In this document: piece by piece, positions 1 through 8,225 of the stretch
Numbering within the stretch: the stretch's first letter is position 1
Layout of the letters: each line of letters starts with the position of its first letter
Assembly (NCBI GenBank): GCA_048885925.1
Contig: JBHLLG010000068.1
Span: forward strand, 1 to 14,380
DNA length: 14,380 nucleotides
Reading direction: 5' to 3'
Source of the DNA: Candidatus Hermodarchaeota archaeon
GTDB lineage: Archaea; Asgardarchaeota; Lokiarchaeia; Sigyniarchaeales; SOKP01
Program-made: the position numbers and the translations under genes
The notes under the pieces: generated by a model
The model's database searches: none
What the model was told of the DNA's origin: nothing
The model's input: the letters and a program-made list of their open reading frames with translations, nothing else

Positions 1-2
1 TG

Positions 3-329
3 AACTTTATTAATCCATTGTTCACCAATAGATCCGTAGCTTCTAACGGTTGTCAATATAACGGGTATACAGAAGCATCAGCCGCGGGTAGAAACCCACT
101 TCTCCTCAACGATAACGTCCAGCTTTTAATGGAGACAGCTTTATCAACACCTGACGGACCTGCAAGAGAAGCAATGTATGATAGAATTCAAGAGCTTTTA
201 CTTGAAGATATGCCCTGGTGTTTTGCTTATTCCGCTCAAGGACCAGCCTGGGCTCACGTTTCAAACCTAAAGGGGATCTCATATAATGCTATAGGCAATT
301 ACGACTTTTTCCCTGTATATTTTGAGTAA
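3..329 (+). CDS. ABC transporter substrate-binding protein, family 5 (oligopeptide/dipeptide/nickel type), 3' fragment
   Basis: Frame is open from position 3 (NFINPLFTNRS...), so the TTG at 18 is internal and the gene starts before the window. The C-terminus 'NFINPLF...N..QYN...VQLLMETALSTPDGPAREAMYDRIQELLLEDMPWCF...VSNLKGI' is typical of OppA/DppA-type proteins. Confidence 0.85.
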   Translation, partial: NFINPLFTNRSVASNGCQYNGYTEASAAGRNPLLLNDNVQLLMETALSTPDGPAREAMYDRIQELLLEDMPWCFAYSAQGPAWAHVSNLKGISYNAIGNYDFFPVYFE

Positions 330-363
330 ATTCTTTCATTGAAAAAATAAATAATTAACTCCT

Positions 364-392
364 ATTTTTTTTAATATTTCTTTACTTTTTTC
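364..392 (+). terminator. Putative archaeal oligo-T terminator of the SBP gene
   Basis: T8 run followed by pyrimidine-rich 'tttctttacttttttc', about 35-60 nt after the TAA at 329. Confidence 0.4.
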
Positions 393-512
393 TCATTCTA
401 ATTTTTTGATAAATTAATGTATTTTTAAGTGAAATATCAGTTTTATTGCGGAGATTGACAAGGAGAAGATTAAAAAAGAAATAGAAGAAGTTAAGATTTT
501 ATTACATTTTAA

Positions 513-1172
513 TTATGTTACTTCTTTCCCGCTTCTGGTTATTAGCAAAAGTAACACAAATAGTACTACTGAAAAGAGAAAGGTTAATACACCCATCACA
601 TCCGGAACCCAGATATAACTAAGATACAAGAAAGGGATAATAAATAGAATGACAAATATTATTATGACAGGCAAAGGCGCTTCTTCGTCTTTAACATCAA
701 GAATTAATGGAATAATAATTAAAAATACTAAACCTGTAGCTGAGATTTTGAAAGCTGTGGCTATTGATTGTTCAAAAATTGCAGAATGAACATTTGGTAA
801 CCAAAAATATAACAATTGTTCTGTTGTGAGTTGTAAATCTGAATTAACTTCTGGCATAATGGCGCTAATTATTAATTGGATTATAATTGCCAAAAATAGA
901 TACAAAAGTATTTCATTTATCTCTTTGCCTTTTTTGCGATACATTCCTATCGTATCCCGGATTATTGTAATCATCCATAAGATAAATAGAAGGGTATAAG
1001 CAACCAGTGGGTCTCCACCTACACCCCAAAAATAATTAATTGGTATTACAGCGACAATGTAAGCTAGATAACCATATTTCTCATTCCGACCAAATAAATC
1101 ATATACTAAAAATATCCCAAAGATAATAAATAAAGTCACCAAAATGATTATTGCACTAATATCTACAGCCAT
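513..1172 (-). CDS. Hypothetical integral membrane protein (about 7 TM helices)
   Basis: 219-aa ORF with ATG start and seven hydrophobic segments (about aa 5-27, 34-50, 56-72, 86-106, 140-158, 166-188, 192-212). No family motif recognised. Confidence 0.75.
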   Translation of the reverse strand: MAVDISAIIILVTLFIIFGIFLVYDLFGRNEKYGYLAYIVAVIPINYFWGVGGDPLVAYTLLFILWMITIIRDTIGMYRKKGKEINEILLYLFLAIIIQLIISAIMPEVNSDLQLTTEQLLYFWLPNVHSAIFEQSIATAFKISATGLVFLIIIPLILDVKDEEAPLPVIIIFVILFIIPFLYLSYIWVPDVMGVLTFLFSVVLFVLLLLITRSGKEVT

Positions 1173-1326
1173 AATTTAATCAACACTTTTTTTTCTAATT
1201 CTAAAGTTACAATTATATTATTATATAATTAGTCCTTTTTTTTTTAAATTTTTAATTCATAATATAAAAATATCTACTTTTTCAAAAATTAAATTAGGAA
1301 TCATGGGAGAATAATCCACTTTCATT

Positions 1327-2715
1327 TCATAGTTTTGTTATAATTTTTTCCAATTCTCCTATCATTTCTTGAGCTTTATCTTTTTCTTCAGATTCCGCAG
1401 ATAAAAGAATTGCATTTCTATATAATGCTACCTTAATAATTGTACTTGCATCATCATTAATTATCTTTAATTCATTTATGATGTCTTGGAATTTATAACC
1501 ATTTTCTTCAACCATTTCTCTCAATCGATTATGTATATTATCAATTAATTCTTGTGAAACTGGTATAGTTTTATTAATTTTTGTTCCTTTTGGAAAACCT
1601 CTTGTTAATGAACTAAGTAAATCATTTTGTGAAGTCATAATGTCAAGAATTTTAAGTAAAATAAAATTACCATCGCTAAAGGGTGCATATTCGCTAAAAT
1701 AAAATTTCAATGTATCTGCTGCGGCAAAACATGCTCGTTCCTCTCTTATTTGTCTTGAAATCTCACCAGGGAAATTTTCCACCTTCTTAGTAGGAAAACC
1801 AGCATCTTCTATGAAATTTCTTACTATAGGAGAAACTGATGGTGTTGTAATAATTGTATTACCTTTTGATTTTTGAATTCTTTTATCAAATGTTATAAAA
1901 AGCATTAATAAATCTTCAAAACTGATTTCTAATCCATTTTCATCTATTACAAGAATCCTAGACCCATCTACATCAAAACATACTCCAACATGACTATTTG
2001 ATGCTTTAACGATATCTGCTGTATTTCGTATCGTGTTTATACTAGGAACTGGACTTGCAGATCTTTCACGATAGTGAGTATTTAAAGCAATAACTTCAAC
2101 TCCTATATCATTAATTAACAGAGGTGTTATTTTTCCTGTAGGTCCATAAGAGCAATCTACAACGATCTTTAAGTCTGCTTGCTTAATTTTTTTTTTATCT
2201 ACAAACTGTTGTAGCGATTTGATATAGATATCTGCTGTTTGGGGTATTGCAGTTATTTGGCCTATTTGATTCGGATCAACTCTCCTTATTTCTCGAGGAT
2301 AAGAGTTATAAGAATCAATGATTTTTTGAATTTCAAATTTAGATAATTCTATTCCTCCAGCATCTAAAAATCTTATACCAACATCTTCACTATATAAATG
2401 ACCTCCAGAAAAATAAACTCCTCCACTTGCTCCAAACCTTCTAATGGTGAACTGCAATAGTGGAAAAGTACAATCTGATAAATTTAAGAGATTTATACCC
2501 GTAGACATCATACCCGAAGTATAAGCACGTTTTAACATTCTACTATCATTATGATAATCTCTCCCCATCACAACTGATTCATTTTGCTTAAACAAACTAC
2601 CATGAATGGACCCTATAGAACTTGATATCTCGGGGGTGAATACATAATTAGCTCTACCTATGATTCTTCCGTTTTTATTTAAATCATTAAGATTTTTTAT
2701 TGGAACGTAAGCCAT
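1327..2715 (-). CDS. Alpha-D-phosphohexomutase (PGM/PMM) superfamily protein, MPG1-transferase C-terminal-like, catalytic motifs degenerate
   Basis: Motifs 'FTPEI..IG', 'VVMGRD...SRMLKRA..SG..STGIN', 'GASGG', 'LKIVVDCSYG', 'GVCFDVDGSRI..IDENG', 'DG....LKIL'. The phosphoserine loop (T/S)ASHNP reads SGGHLY and the metal loop DxDxDR reads DVDGSR. Confidence 0.85.
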   Translation of the reverse strand: MAYVPIKNLNDLNKNGRIIGRANYVFTPEISSSIGSIHGSLFKQNESVVMGRDYHNDSRMLKRAYTSGMMSTGINLLNLSDCTFPLLQFTIRRFGASGGVYFSGGHLYSEDVGIRFLDAGGIELSKFEIQKIIDSYNSYPREIRRVDPNQIGQITAIPQTADIYIKSLQQFVDKKKIKQADLKIVVDCSYGPTGKITPLLINDIGVEVIALNTHYRERSASPVPSINTIRNTADIVKASNSHVGVCFDVDGSRILVIDENGLEISFEDLLMLFITFDKRIQKSKGNTIITTPSVSPIVRNFIEDAGFPTKKVENFPGEISRQIREERACFAAADTLKFYFSEYAPFSDGNFILLKILDIMTSQNDLLSSLTRGFPKGTKINKTIPVSQELIDNIHNRLREMVEENGYKFQDIINELKIINDDASTIIKVALYRNAILLSAESEEKDKAQEMIGELEKIITKL

Positions 2716-2908
2716 CTGATAATACTTTTTTGAATTTACACTTAATTTTTGATTGGAAAATATATATGATAAAAAGCTAAATAAAGATATATAACTTTAA
2801 CGATTTTCAAATATTTATGGATTCTTTTGATTATTTAAGATATGAAGAATTATAAAAAAATAGCAAATTTTGTAAAAAATAATTTGATAAATAAAATATG
2901 AAAGAATT
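2716..2908. promoter_or_regulatory. Divergent promoter region between the PGM-like gene and the GH57 gene
   Basis: 193-bp AT-rich gap between head-to-head genes with several TATA-like boxes (around 2761, 2789 and 2850). Individual boxes cannot be assigned with certainty. Confidence 0.45.
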
Positions 2909-4624
2909 ATGACTGATATATTAGGATCTTTTAATTTAGTTTTACATTCACATCTCCCTTGGGTTCTAGGTCATGGAATATGGCCTCATGGAATGGACTG
3001 GGTAAATGAGGCAGCTGCAGAAACATATATTCCGCTTCTAATAGAATTATATAAATTAGTTGATGATGGATATCATCCAAAACTTACTATTGGTCTCACT
3101 CCGGTTTTGTGTGAAATGCTTCGCAATCCTAAATTTACAGAAGGATTTTTAGGTTATTTAGAAGAAAAACATAATGCTGCTTTACATGATTTTGAAGAAT
3201 TTACAAGGAATAGATATGAAGAAGGAAGAATAAAATTAACAAAATGGTGGCAAGAATTCTATGAACGTGTGAGAGATAACTTTATTCATAGGTATAATAG
3301 AGATGTTGTAGGTGCATTTAAAAATCTTCAAGATATGGGGCTTATTGATATTATAACTTGTGGAGCAACTCATGGATATGCCCCCTTACTTTCCAAAGAT
3401 ACTTCAATTGATGCTCAATTTAAAACTGCTGTTGATAACTATAAAAGACATTTTGGAAGAGCTCCAACGGGTGCGTGGCTTCCAGAATGTGCTTATCGAC
3501 CGGGATATCGATGGAAAAACCCCATAACTGGTGAAGAATATAATCGTCCTGGTGTAGAATATTTTCTTGCGAAAAATGGATTGAAATATTTTTTTATTGA
3601 TACTGCTTTACTTCTAGGAGGAAAGTCTCAAGGAGTCTATGCTGCTCGATTTCCGTTGCTTGCTGAACTCTGGAAGCAATTTGAATCCCAATATGAAGAA
3701 ATCCCAACTTCATTTGAGAAATCTCAATATGAATCGTATTTAGTATCTACTGATCCCTCAACTCCTGGACCTGTTGGATTTTTTACTCGAGATGAGAAAA
3801 CAGGAATTGTGGTATGGAGCGGAGAACATGGCTATCCTGGATGTGCGGAATATTTAGATTTTCATAAAAAACATTATCCTGGTGGTTTACGATACTGGAA
3901 AGTTACAGAAGCGAAATTAGATCTCGGCAAAAAGATGCTCTATTGGCCAGATGACGTACCCGGTAAATTAGATGAAAACGCAAGCCATTATGTAAATCTT
4001 ATTAAAGATATTCTCAGAGATTTTCAAAATAGGAATGGAAGAAATGGCATTGTTGTAGCCCCTTATGACGCAGAATTATTTGGACATTGGTGGTTTGAGG
4101 GAAATTGGTGGTTGGCAAGAGTTTTTCGTTGGATAGAGGATGATCCAGAGGTAGAATTGACGAATTCAAGGCTATATGTTGAAGAAAATCCTCCAAATAA
4201 GGTTGTAAGTGTGATTGAAGGCTCATGGGGTCAAGCAAGTTCTCACTGGGTGTGGTTTAACGAATGGACGACATGGGTATGGGAGAGAATATACGAATGC
4301 GAAGCGAAAAGTGAAAGCATCATTACGAAATACAATGATTCGCGCGATCTAAACATTATAAAGATTTTAAAGCAGATGGCACGAGAACTTTTGCTGTTAG
4401 AAAGCTCTGATTGGCCATTCTTGATGACAACATGGTCCGCACGTGATTACGCTGAAAACCGTGTCGCCTTACACTATGAGAACTTTAATAGATTATACAA
4501 TATGGCTTCGAGATACGGATCCGGTCAAAATATTGAAGAAGGGGAATGGCACTTTTTAGGAACGATTGAGTCTGTAGATGATATATTTGAGGCGATAGAC
4601 CTTGCACCTTTCGCTAAAAAGTAA
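2909..4624 (+). CDS. GH57 1,4-alpha-glucan (glycogen) branching enzyme with C-terminal DUF1957-type domain
   Basis: GH57 conserved regions 'LVLHSHLPWV', 'EAAAETYIPL', 'ITCGATHGYAPL', 'GAWLPECAY' (nucleophile Glu), 'PYDAELFGHWWFEG' (acid/base Asp), plus 'GSWG' and 'ARELLLLESSDWPF'. This is the Thermococcus TK1436-type branching enzyme fingerprint. Confidence 0.93.
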   Translation: MTDILGSFNLVLHSHLPWVLGHGIWPHGMDWVNEAAAETYIPLLIELYKLVDDGYHPKLTIGLTPVLCEMLRNPKFTEGFLGYLEEKHNAALHDFEEFTRNRYEEGRIKLTKWWQEFYERVRDNFIHRYNRDVVGAFKNLQDMGLIDIITCGATHGYAPLLSKDTSIDAQFKTAVDNYKRHFGRAPTGAWLPECAYRPGYRWKNPITGEEYNRPGVEYFLAKNGLKYFFIDTALLLGGKSQGVYAARFPLLAELWKQFESQYEEIPTSFEKSQYESYLVSTDPSTPGPVGFFTRDEKTGIVVWSGEHGYPGCAEYLDFHKKHYPGGLRYWKVTEAKLDLGKKMLYWPDDVPGKLDENASHYVNLIKDILRDFQNRNGRNGIVVAPYDAELFGHWWFEGNWWLARVFRWIEDDPEVELTNSRLYVEENPPNKVVSVIEGSWGQASSHWVWFNEWTTWVWERIYECEAKSESIITKYNDSRDLNIIKILKQMARELLLLESSDWPFLMTTWSARDYAENRVALHYENFNRLYNMASRYGSGQNIEEGEWHFLGTIESVDDIFEAIDLAPFAKK

Positions 4625-4654
4625 TTATTATTTTTATTCAAAGAAAGTTCTTTT

Positions 4655-4677
4655 TTATTGAATTTGAAATTCAATAA
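4655..4677. repeat. Perfect 11-bp inverted repeat with 1-nt spacer (TTATTGAATTT-G-AAATTCAATAA)
   Basis: Read directly from the sequence. Lies 30 nt after the GH57 stop, overlapping the end of a T-tract. Confidence 0.7.
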
Positions 4678-4829
4678 TTGCTAATATTTATTCTAATTTC
4701 TTTTGTACTATTTAATTAGCGTAACAATTTTCCAAAAGTATAAATTTAAATTAAATTTGTGTTATAAATTATTTAATTACACAAAAAAATTATGAAAGGT
4801 GAATAACTATTTTTTTTGAAACATATATA

Positions 4830-5666
4830 ATGTCCAATGAAACAATTTTCTTGATGATAGCAGTTATCCTTCCAACTATATTTATAGCTTTTCAAAGGAA
4901 ATTCAAATTAAAAAAAACCTCCATAAGTTTTAAAATTTTATTGCATATTTTATTGTCCACGTCAATTACAATTGCCTGTACTGCATTTGCCTATAGAATA
5001 TTTAATGATTCGATTCCTAGAGTTATACTTATTCTGAGTGCGTTTAGTTATGTTGTGTTTACTATTTATTATCTGCTTAATTTATTCCAAAAACAAGAAT
5101 TGAAAATATCCAATATTTTAAAGGACAGTTCAGAAGCATCTGTAAATGTTTCAAATATAGCTACTGAATTAGCGGTAAGTGCGAGTGAAGTGAACGCTGC
5201 CTCAGAAGAGATTGCAAGCTCTACTCAACTTATAACGCAAGAAGTACAAGAGGCTATAAATGCCACTAATGATATAAGAAAAGTTATTGGAGTAATTACT
5301 AATATTGCAGATCAAACTAATTTATTAGCTTTAAATGCCAGTATTGAGGCAGGTAGAGCAGGTGAACATGGTAGAGGTTTTGCTGTTGTCGCAGATGAGG
5401 TTCGAAAGTTAGCAGAAGAATCAAAAACAGCTGTTCTTGATACTAATAAAGATATCGTTGATGTAGTTAATAAAATTAATTCTGCATTCAATTCTATAGA
5501 AGGAATAAGCACGTCCGCGGAACAGCAAACAGCTTCCATGGAAGAAATTTCTGCGACAGCTAATCGACTCGGTAATTTAGCTGACGACCTAAAAAATAAA
5601 TTAACAAGGACTACCATGGAAAAAGATCTTCAAAAGAAAAGTGCTAAAAAAAAGATCTTTAAGTAA
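4830..5666 (+). CDS. Methyl-accepting chemotaxis-like protein (3 N-terminal TM helices, short MCP signalling hairpin, no HAMP or extracellular sensor domain)
   Basis: Hairpin-tip signature '[40 protein letters not shown]' and methylation-type motifs '[10 protein letters not shown]' and '[10 protein letters not shown]'. Confidence 0.92.
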   Translation: MSNETIFLMIAVILPTIFIAFQRKFKLKKTSISFKILLHILLSTSITIACTAFAYRIFNDSIPRVILILSAFSYVVFTIYYLLNLFQKQELKISNILKDSSEASVNVSNIATELAVSASEVNAASEEIASSTQLITQEVQEAINATNDIRKVIGVITNIADQTNLLALNASIEAGRAGEHGRGFAVVADEVRKLAEESKTAVLDTNKDIVDVVNKINSAFNSIEGISTSAEQQTASMEEISATANRLGNLADDLKNKLTRTTMEKDLQKKSAKKKIFK

Positions 5667-5833
5667 TTTATAGTCCATCCTTATTTACTAGTTATTCTGA
5701 TTTTGGTTTTATTATGAAGGTTGTATTTTTACTTTAATCTATTTTTTTTTAAATTTATAGAATATCTATAGATAGTTTCACATGAACTCTAAATCTCAAC
5801 ATTATATCTGAAAGGATAAAATTTCTTAAGTAA

Positions 5834-6847
5834 TTAAAATACAAATTCATGAATAGAAAGATTATAATTTTGCCCCATTACAATTTTCACGGTCTTTTTT
5901 TGCATATTATATACTGCAGACCATTGAGTGATGCTTTGAGATACAGTTTCTAAAAGATTTATAGCTTCTGTCTCAGTAATATTGCCATCTTTGGCACTCA
6001 AAAAAGTTTCACAGGTAAGATATCTCAGACAATTTTGACGTTCAATTTTAGTGGTATTATAAATAATAAAATTAGTTGATACTTGCCATAAACCTTCATT
6101 TCTGATCATTTTCATCTCTCCATCAATCCATTCAACTATAGCAGATTTTCCATTTGAATCTGCAATTAAGTAATGTAAATCTGGGCCTGGAGAAAACTGT
6201 ACATTAAATTGATTCCATAAATCAAAAACCTCTTCTATATTCATCGAGTAATCTAACGCAATTCTTATTAACTCTAAACTGCCTAAAGTAGGTTTTTCTA
6301 AATCGAATACATTTTCTGCATTAGGGATAGCCATACAAGCAATACTCAAACCATATTCATTTATTCCATCTAAAGGAAAAAATGGCGCACTAAGAAGTAT
6401 ATTTGGATTTTGCGATATTTCTAAAGCATTGTTTAAACCAAGCAATCCTAAATCAACCATAGAAATACTTCTATAGCCGTTAGGAGGATTAGTGTATAAG
6501 AGAACAGCAGGATTATGAGACCAATCAAAATTTCTTCCAAATAAGATATCAGTTTGAGTATTGAGGGTTGCAAAGCAAGTACAAGCCCAATCCATGTTTA
6601 AAAGATTTCGAGAAAATCTCCTTAAGTTAAAATTTAATAAATTTTCAGACTCATAATTTGCATAATATTTCATTATATACAATGGATGATCATCGACTCT
6701 CTCTAAGTCAAATAATGTACTTTCTTGACTATTTTGCGTATTAGGAGATTTAGGTAATAGAAATACAACTAATAAAGGAGTTAACACAATTAAAGCAATT
6801 ATACTAATTAAAACGATAGCCTTTTTTGTAGGTGAAAGCTCTTTCAA
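5834..6847 (-). CDS. Membrane-anchored Ntn (Cys-nucleophile) linear amide C-N hydrolase, choloylglycine hydrolase / acid ceramidase-like superfamily
   Basis: TTG start and N-terminal TM helix. Internal 'WA-CTCF' autoprocessing site followed by 'LFGRNFDW', 'PLDGINEYGL', 'HYLIADSNGKSAIVEW', 'STNF', 'RY' and 'TQWSAVYN'. Confidence 0.85.
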   Translation of the reverse strand: MKELSPTKKAIVLISIIALIVLTPLLVVFLLPKSPNTQNSQESTLFDLERVDDHPLYIMKYYANYESENLLNFNLRRFSRNLLNMDWACTCFATLNTQTDILFGRNFDWSHNPAVLLYTNPPNGYRSISMVDLGLLGLNNALEISQNPNILLSAPFFPLDGINEYGLSIACMAIPNAENVFDLEKPTLGSLELIRIALDYSMNIEEVFDLWNQFNVQFSPGPDLHYLIADSNGKSAIVEWIDGEMKMIRNEGLWQVSTNFIIYNTTKIERQNCLRYLTCETFLSAKDGNITETEAINLLETVSQSITQWSAVYNMQKKTVKIVMGQNYNLSIHEFVF

Positions 6848-6962
6848 TTTAAGATCTCATTTAAATTAAAACAATTCAAAAATTTAAAATTAGAAAATTA
6901 AATTCTTTATTTATAAATTTTTAACCTTAAATGATTTCTACAAAATTTCTTGACAAGTAATT

Positions 6963-8219
6963 TTATAAAAACAATTTTTTAATATGTCTTTCATACAGAT
7001 TTTCAATCACTTTAGGTGTAATGAATTCTTCGTATTTTTTTAGAGCTTTGATATATTGTGAGTTCATTTCTGCTGCAATTTTATAACTTACATGGAGTAA
7101 TTGTCTAAAATGGGGATTATAATCTATACATGATTCATCATGATTTAAAGCTCTTATGTATTGATCTGCTGTCCAATTCTTAACAATTTTAGGTGAAGGT
7201 AATTTTTCTTGATCTATATTAACCACTGATTTATACGGTGCACATAATTCATCAAATCGATAATAGGCTTTATTATAGATCTCTTTGATAATTTCTAATC
7301 CCTCGTATCCTGATGCTGCTAGACCATTTAATTCTGCTAACCATGTAGTTCCAGAAGTTTTTAAATGGATTCCTATATCATATTTTTTGATAATTTCATT
7401 AACACTCTTATAAATGGAGAATTTATCACTTCCAGAATGAATACTAAGCTTCAAATCATCTGGTAAAGAGAATTGCTGTTTAGCAAGCTGAATGATAAGA
7501 TTAAGATTCTCAAATTCTTTAGTAAACTGCGCAATATTTCCCTTGTAATCGATTGCTTTATAAAATTTCCCGCAAAATTTTGGAGCAAAAGTATTGATGG
7601 GTATACCTTCATTAACTATAGCTGCAAGTATAAAAAATACCTCAGTTGGAGTCTGAGGTTCTTTTGATTCATCCATAGAGATTTCTACTAAGAAATGTTC
7701 ATCCTCTTTCTTCTCTCTAATCTTATGATAAATTCTACTAGCTTCTCTTATTGCAAATAGATATTTCTCAGCAATATTTTTTAATTGGATTTTATTGACT
7801 ATAAGAAGTTCTTTAGAATCTGGAAAAAATAAGCTTTCGGTATGCTTTTTGTATTTCGCGATAAATTTATTAATATTTGCAACAGAATCCTTTTTTCCCA
7901 TAAATTCTGCTACATCTAATGTGAAAAAGTTACACGTATCAATATAAGAATCGACATTGGAAAGATTGATATGATCAGCATCAATATAATAATTACCTTT
8001 CCATTTTAACTCTTCAACTGCATTTTGAGCTTCATACAATACATCTGAGGGGTTTGTTTTGGTGATTGAATGTTCTCTGTGCGATTTATTCCATACAATT
8101 GCTAGATTTAAACCATCTTTCTGGGCTTTTATAACTGCTTTTAATTGAGCTTTTCCTTGACAACCAAATCTATCCCCTGTACCTATAGAATATTTTTCTA
8201 GTTTCATTCCGTTATTCAA
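6963..8219 (-). CDS. uxaE: Tagaturonate/fructuronate epimerase (UxaE family)
   Basis: Motifs 'SIGTGDRFG', 'YIDADH', 'FTLD', 'EISMDE...PQTP', 'APKF.G.F.KAIDY', 'LSIHSGSDKFSIY', 'HLKTSGTTWL', 'RQLLHVSY'. The real start may be the ATG at 8207 (MKLEKYS) rather than the TTG at 8219. Confidence 0.88.
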   Translation of the reverse strand: MNNGMKLEKYSIGTGDRFGCQGKAQLKAVIKAQKDGLNLAIVWNKSHREHSITKTNPSDVLYEAQNAVEELKWKGNYYIDADHINLSNVDSYIDTCNFFTLDVAEFMGKKDSVANINKFIAKYKKHTESLFFPDSKELLIVNKIQLKNIAEKYLFAIREASRIYHKIREKKEDEHFLVEISMDESKEPQTPTEVFFILAAIVNEGIPINTFAPKFCGKFYKAIDYKGNIAQFTKEFENLNLIIQLAKQQFSLPDDLKLSIHSGSDKFSIYKSVNEIIKKYDIGIHLKTSGTTWLAELNGLAASGYEGLEIIKEIYNKAYYRFDELCAPYKSVVNIDQEKLPSPKIVKNWTADQYIRALNHDESCIDYNPHFRQLLHVSYKIAAEMNSQYIKALKKYEEFITPKVIENLYERHIKKLFL

Positions 8220-8225
8220 TAGAAC

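Noticed and set aside
513-1172. 7-TM protein considered as a rhodopsin
   Set aside because: No retinal-binding Lys in helix 7 and no helix-3 rhodopsin motif.
1295-1330. AUGA...UGAU mini-hairpin after the PGM-like TGA, considered as a SECIS element or Sec readthrough
   Set aside because: The stem is only about 5 bp with no apical AA, the TGA falls at the normal end of the fold, and readthrough would add only about 10 residues.
2898-2912. Four-codon uORF MKEL overlapping the GH57 start (ATGA); similar MKGE at 4792-4806
   Set aside because: Such mini-ORFs are expected by chance in AT-rich leaders and there is no independent support.
4014-4238. 74-aa antisense ORF inside GH57
   Set aside because: Lies wholly opposite a well-supported gene and has no recognisable motif.
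5312-5617. 101-aa antisense ORF inside the MCP gene
   Set aside because: Typical shadow ORF of the conserved MCP hairpin.
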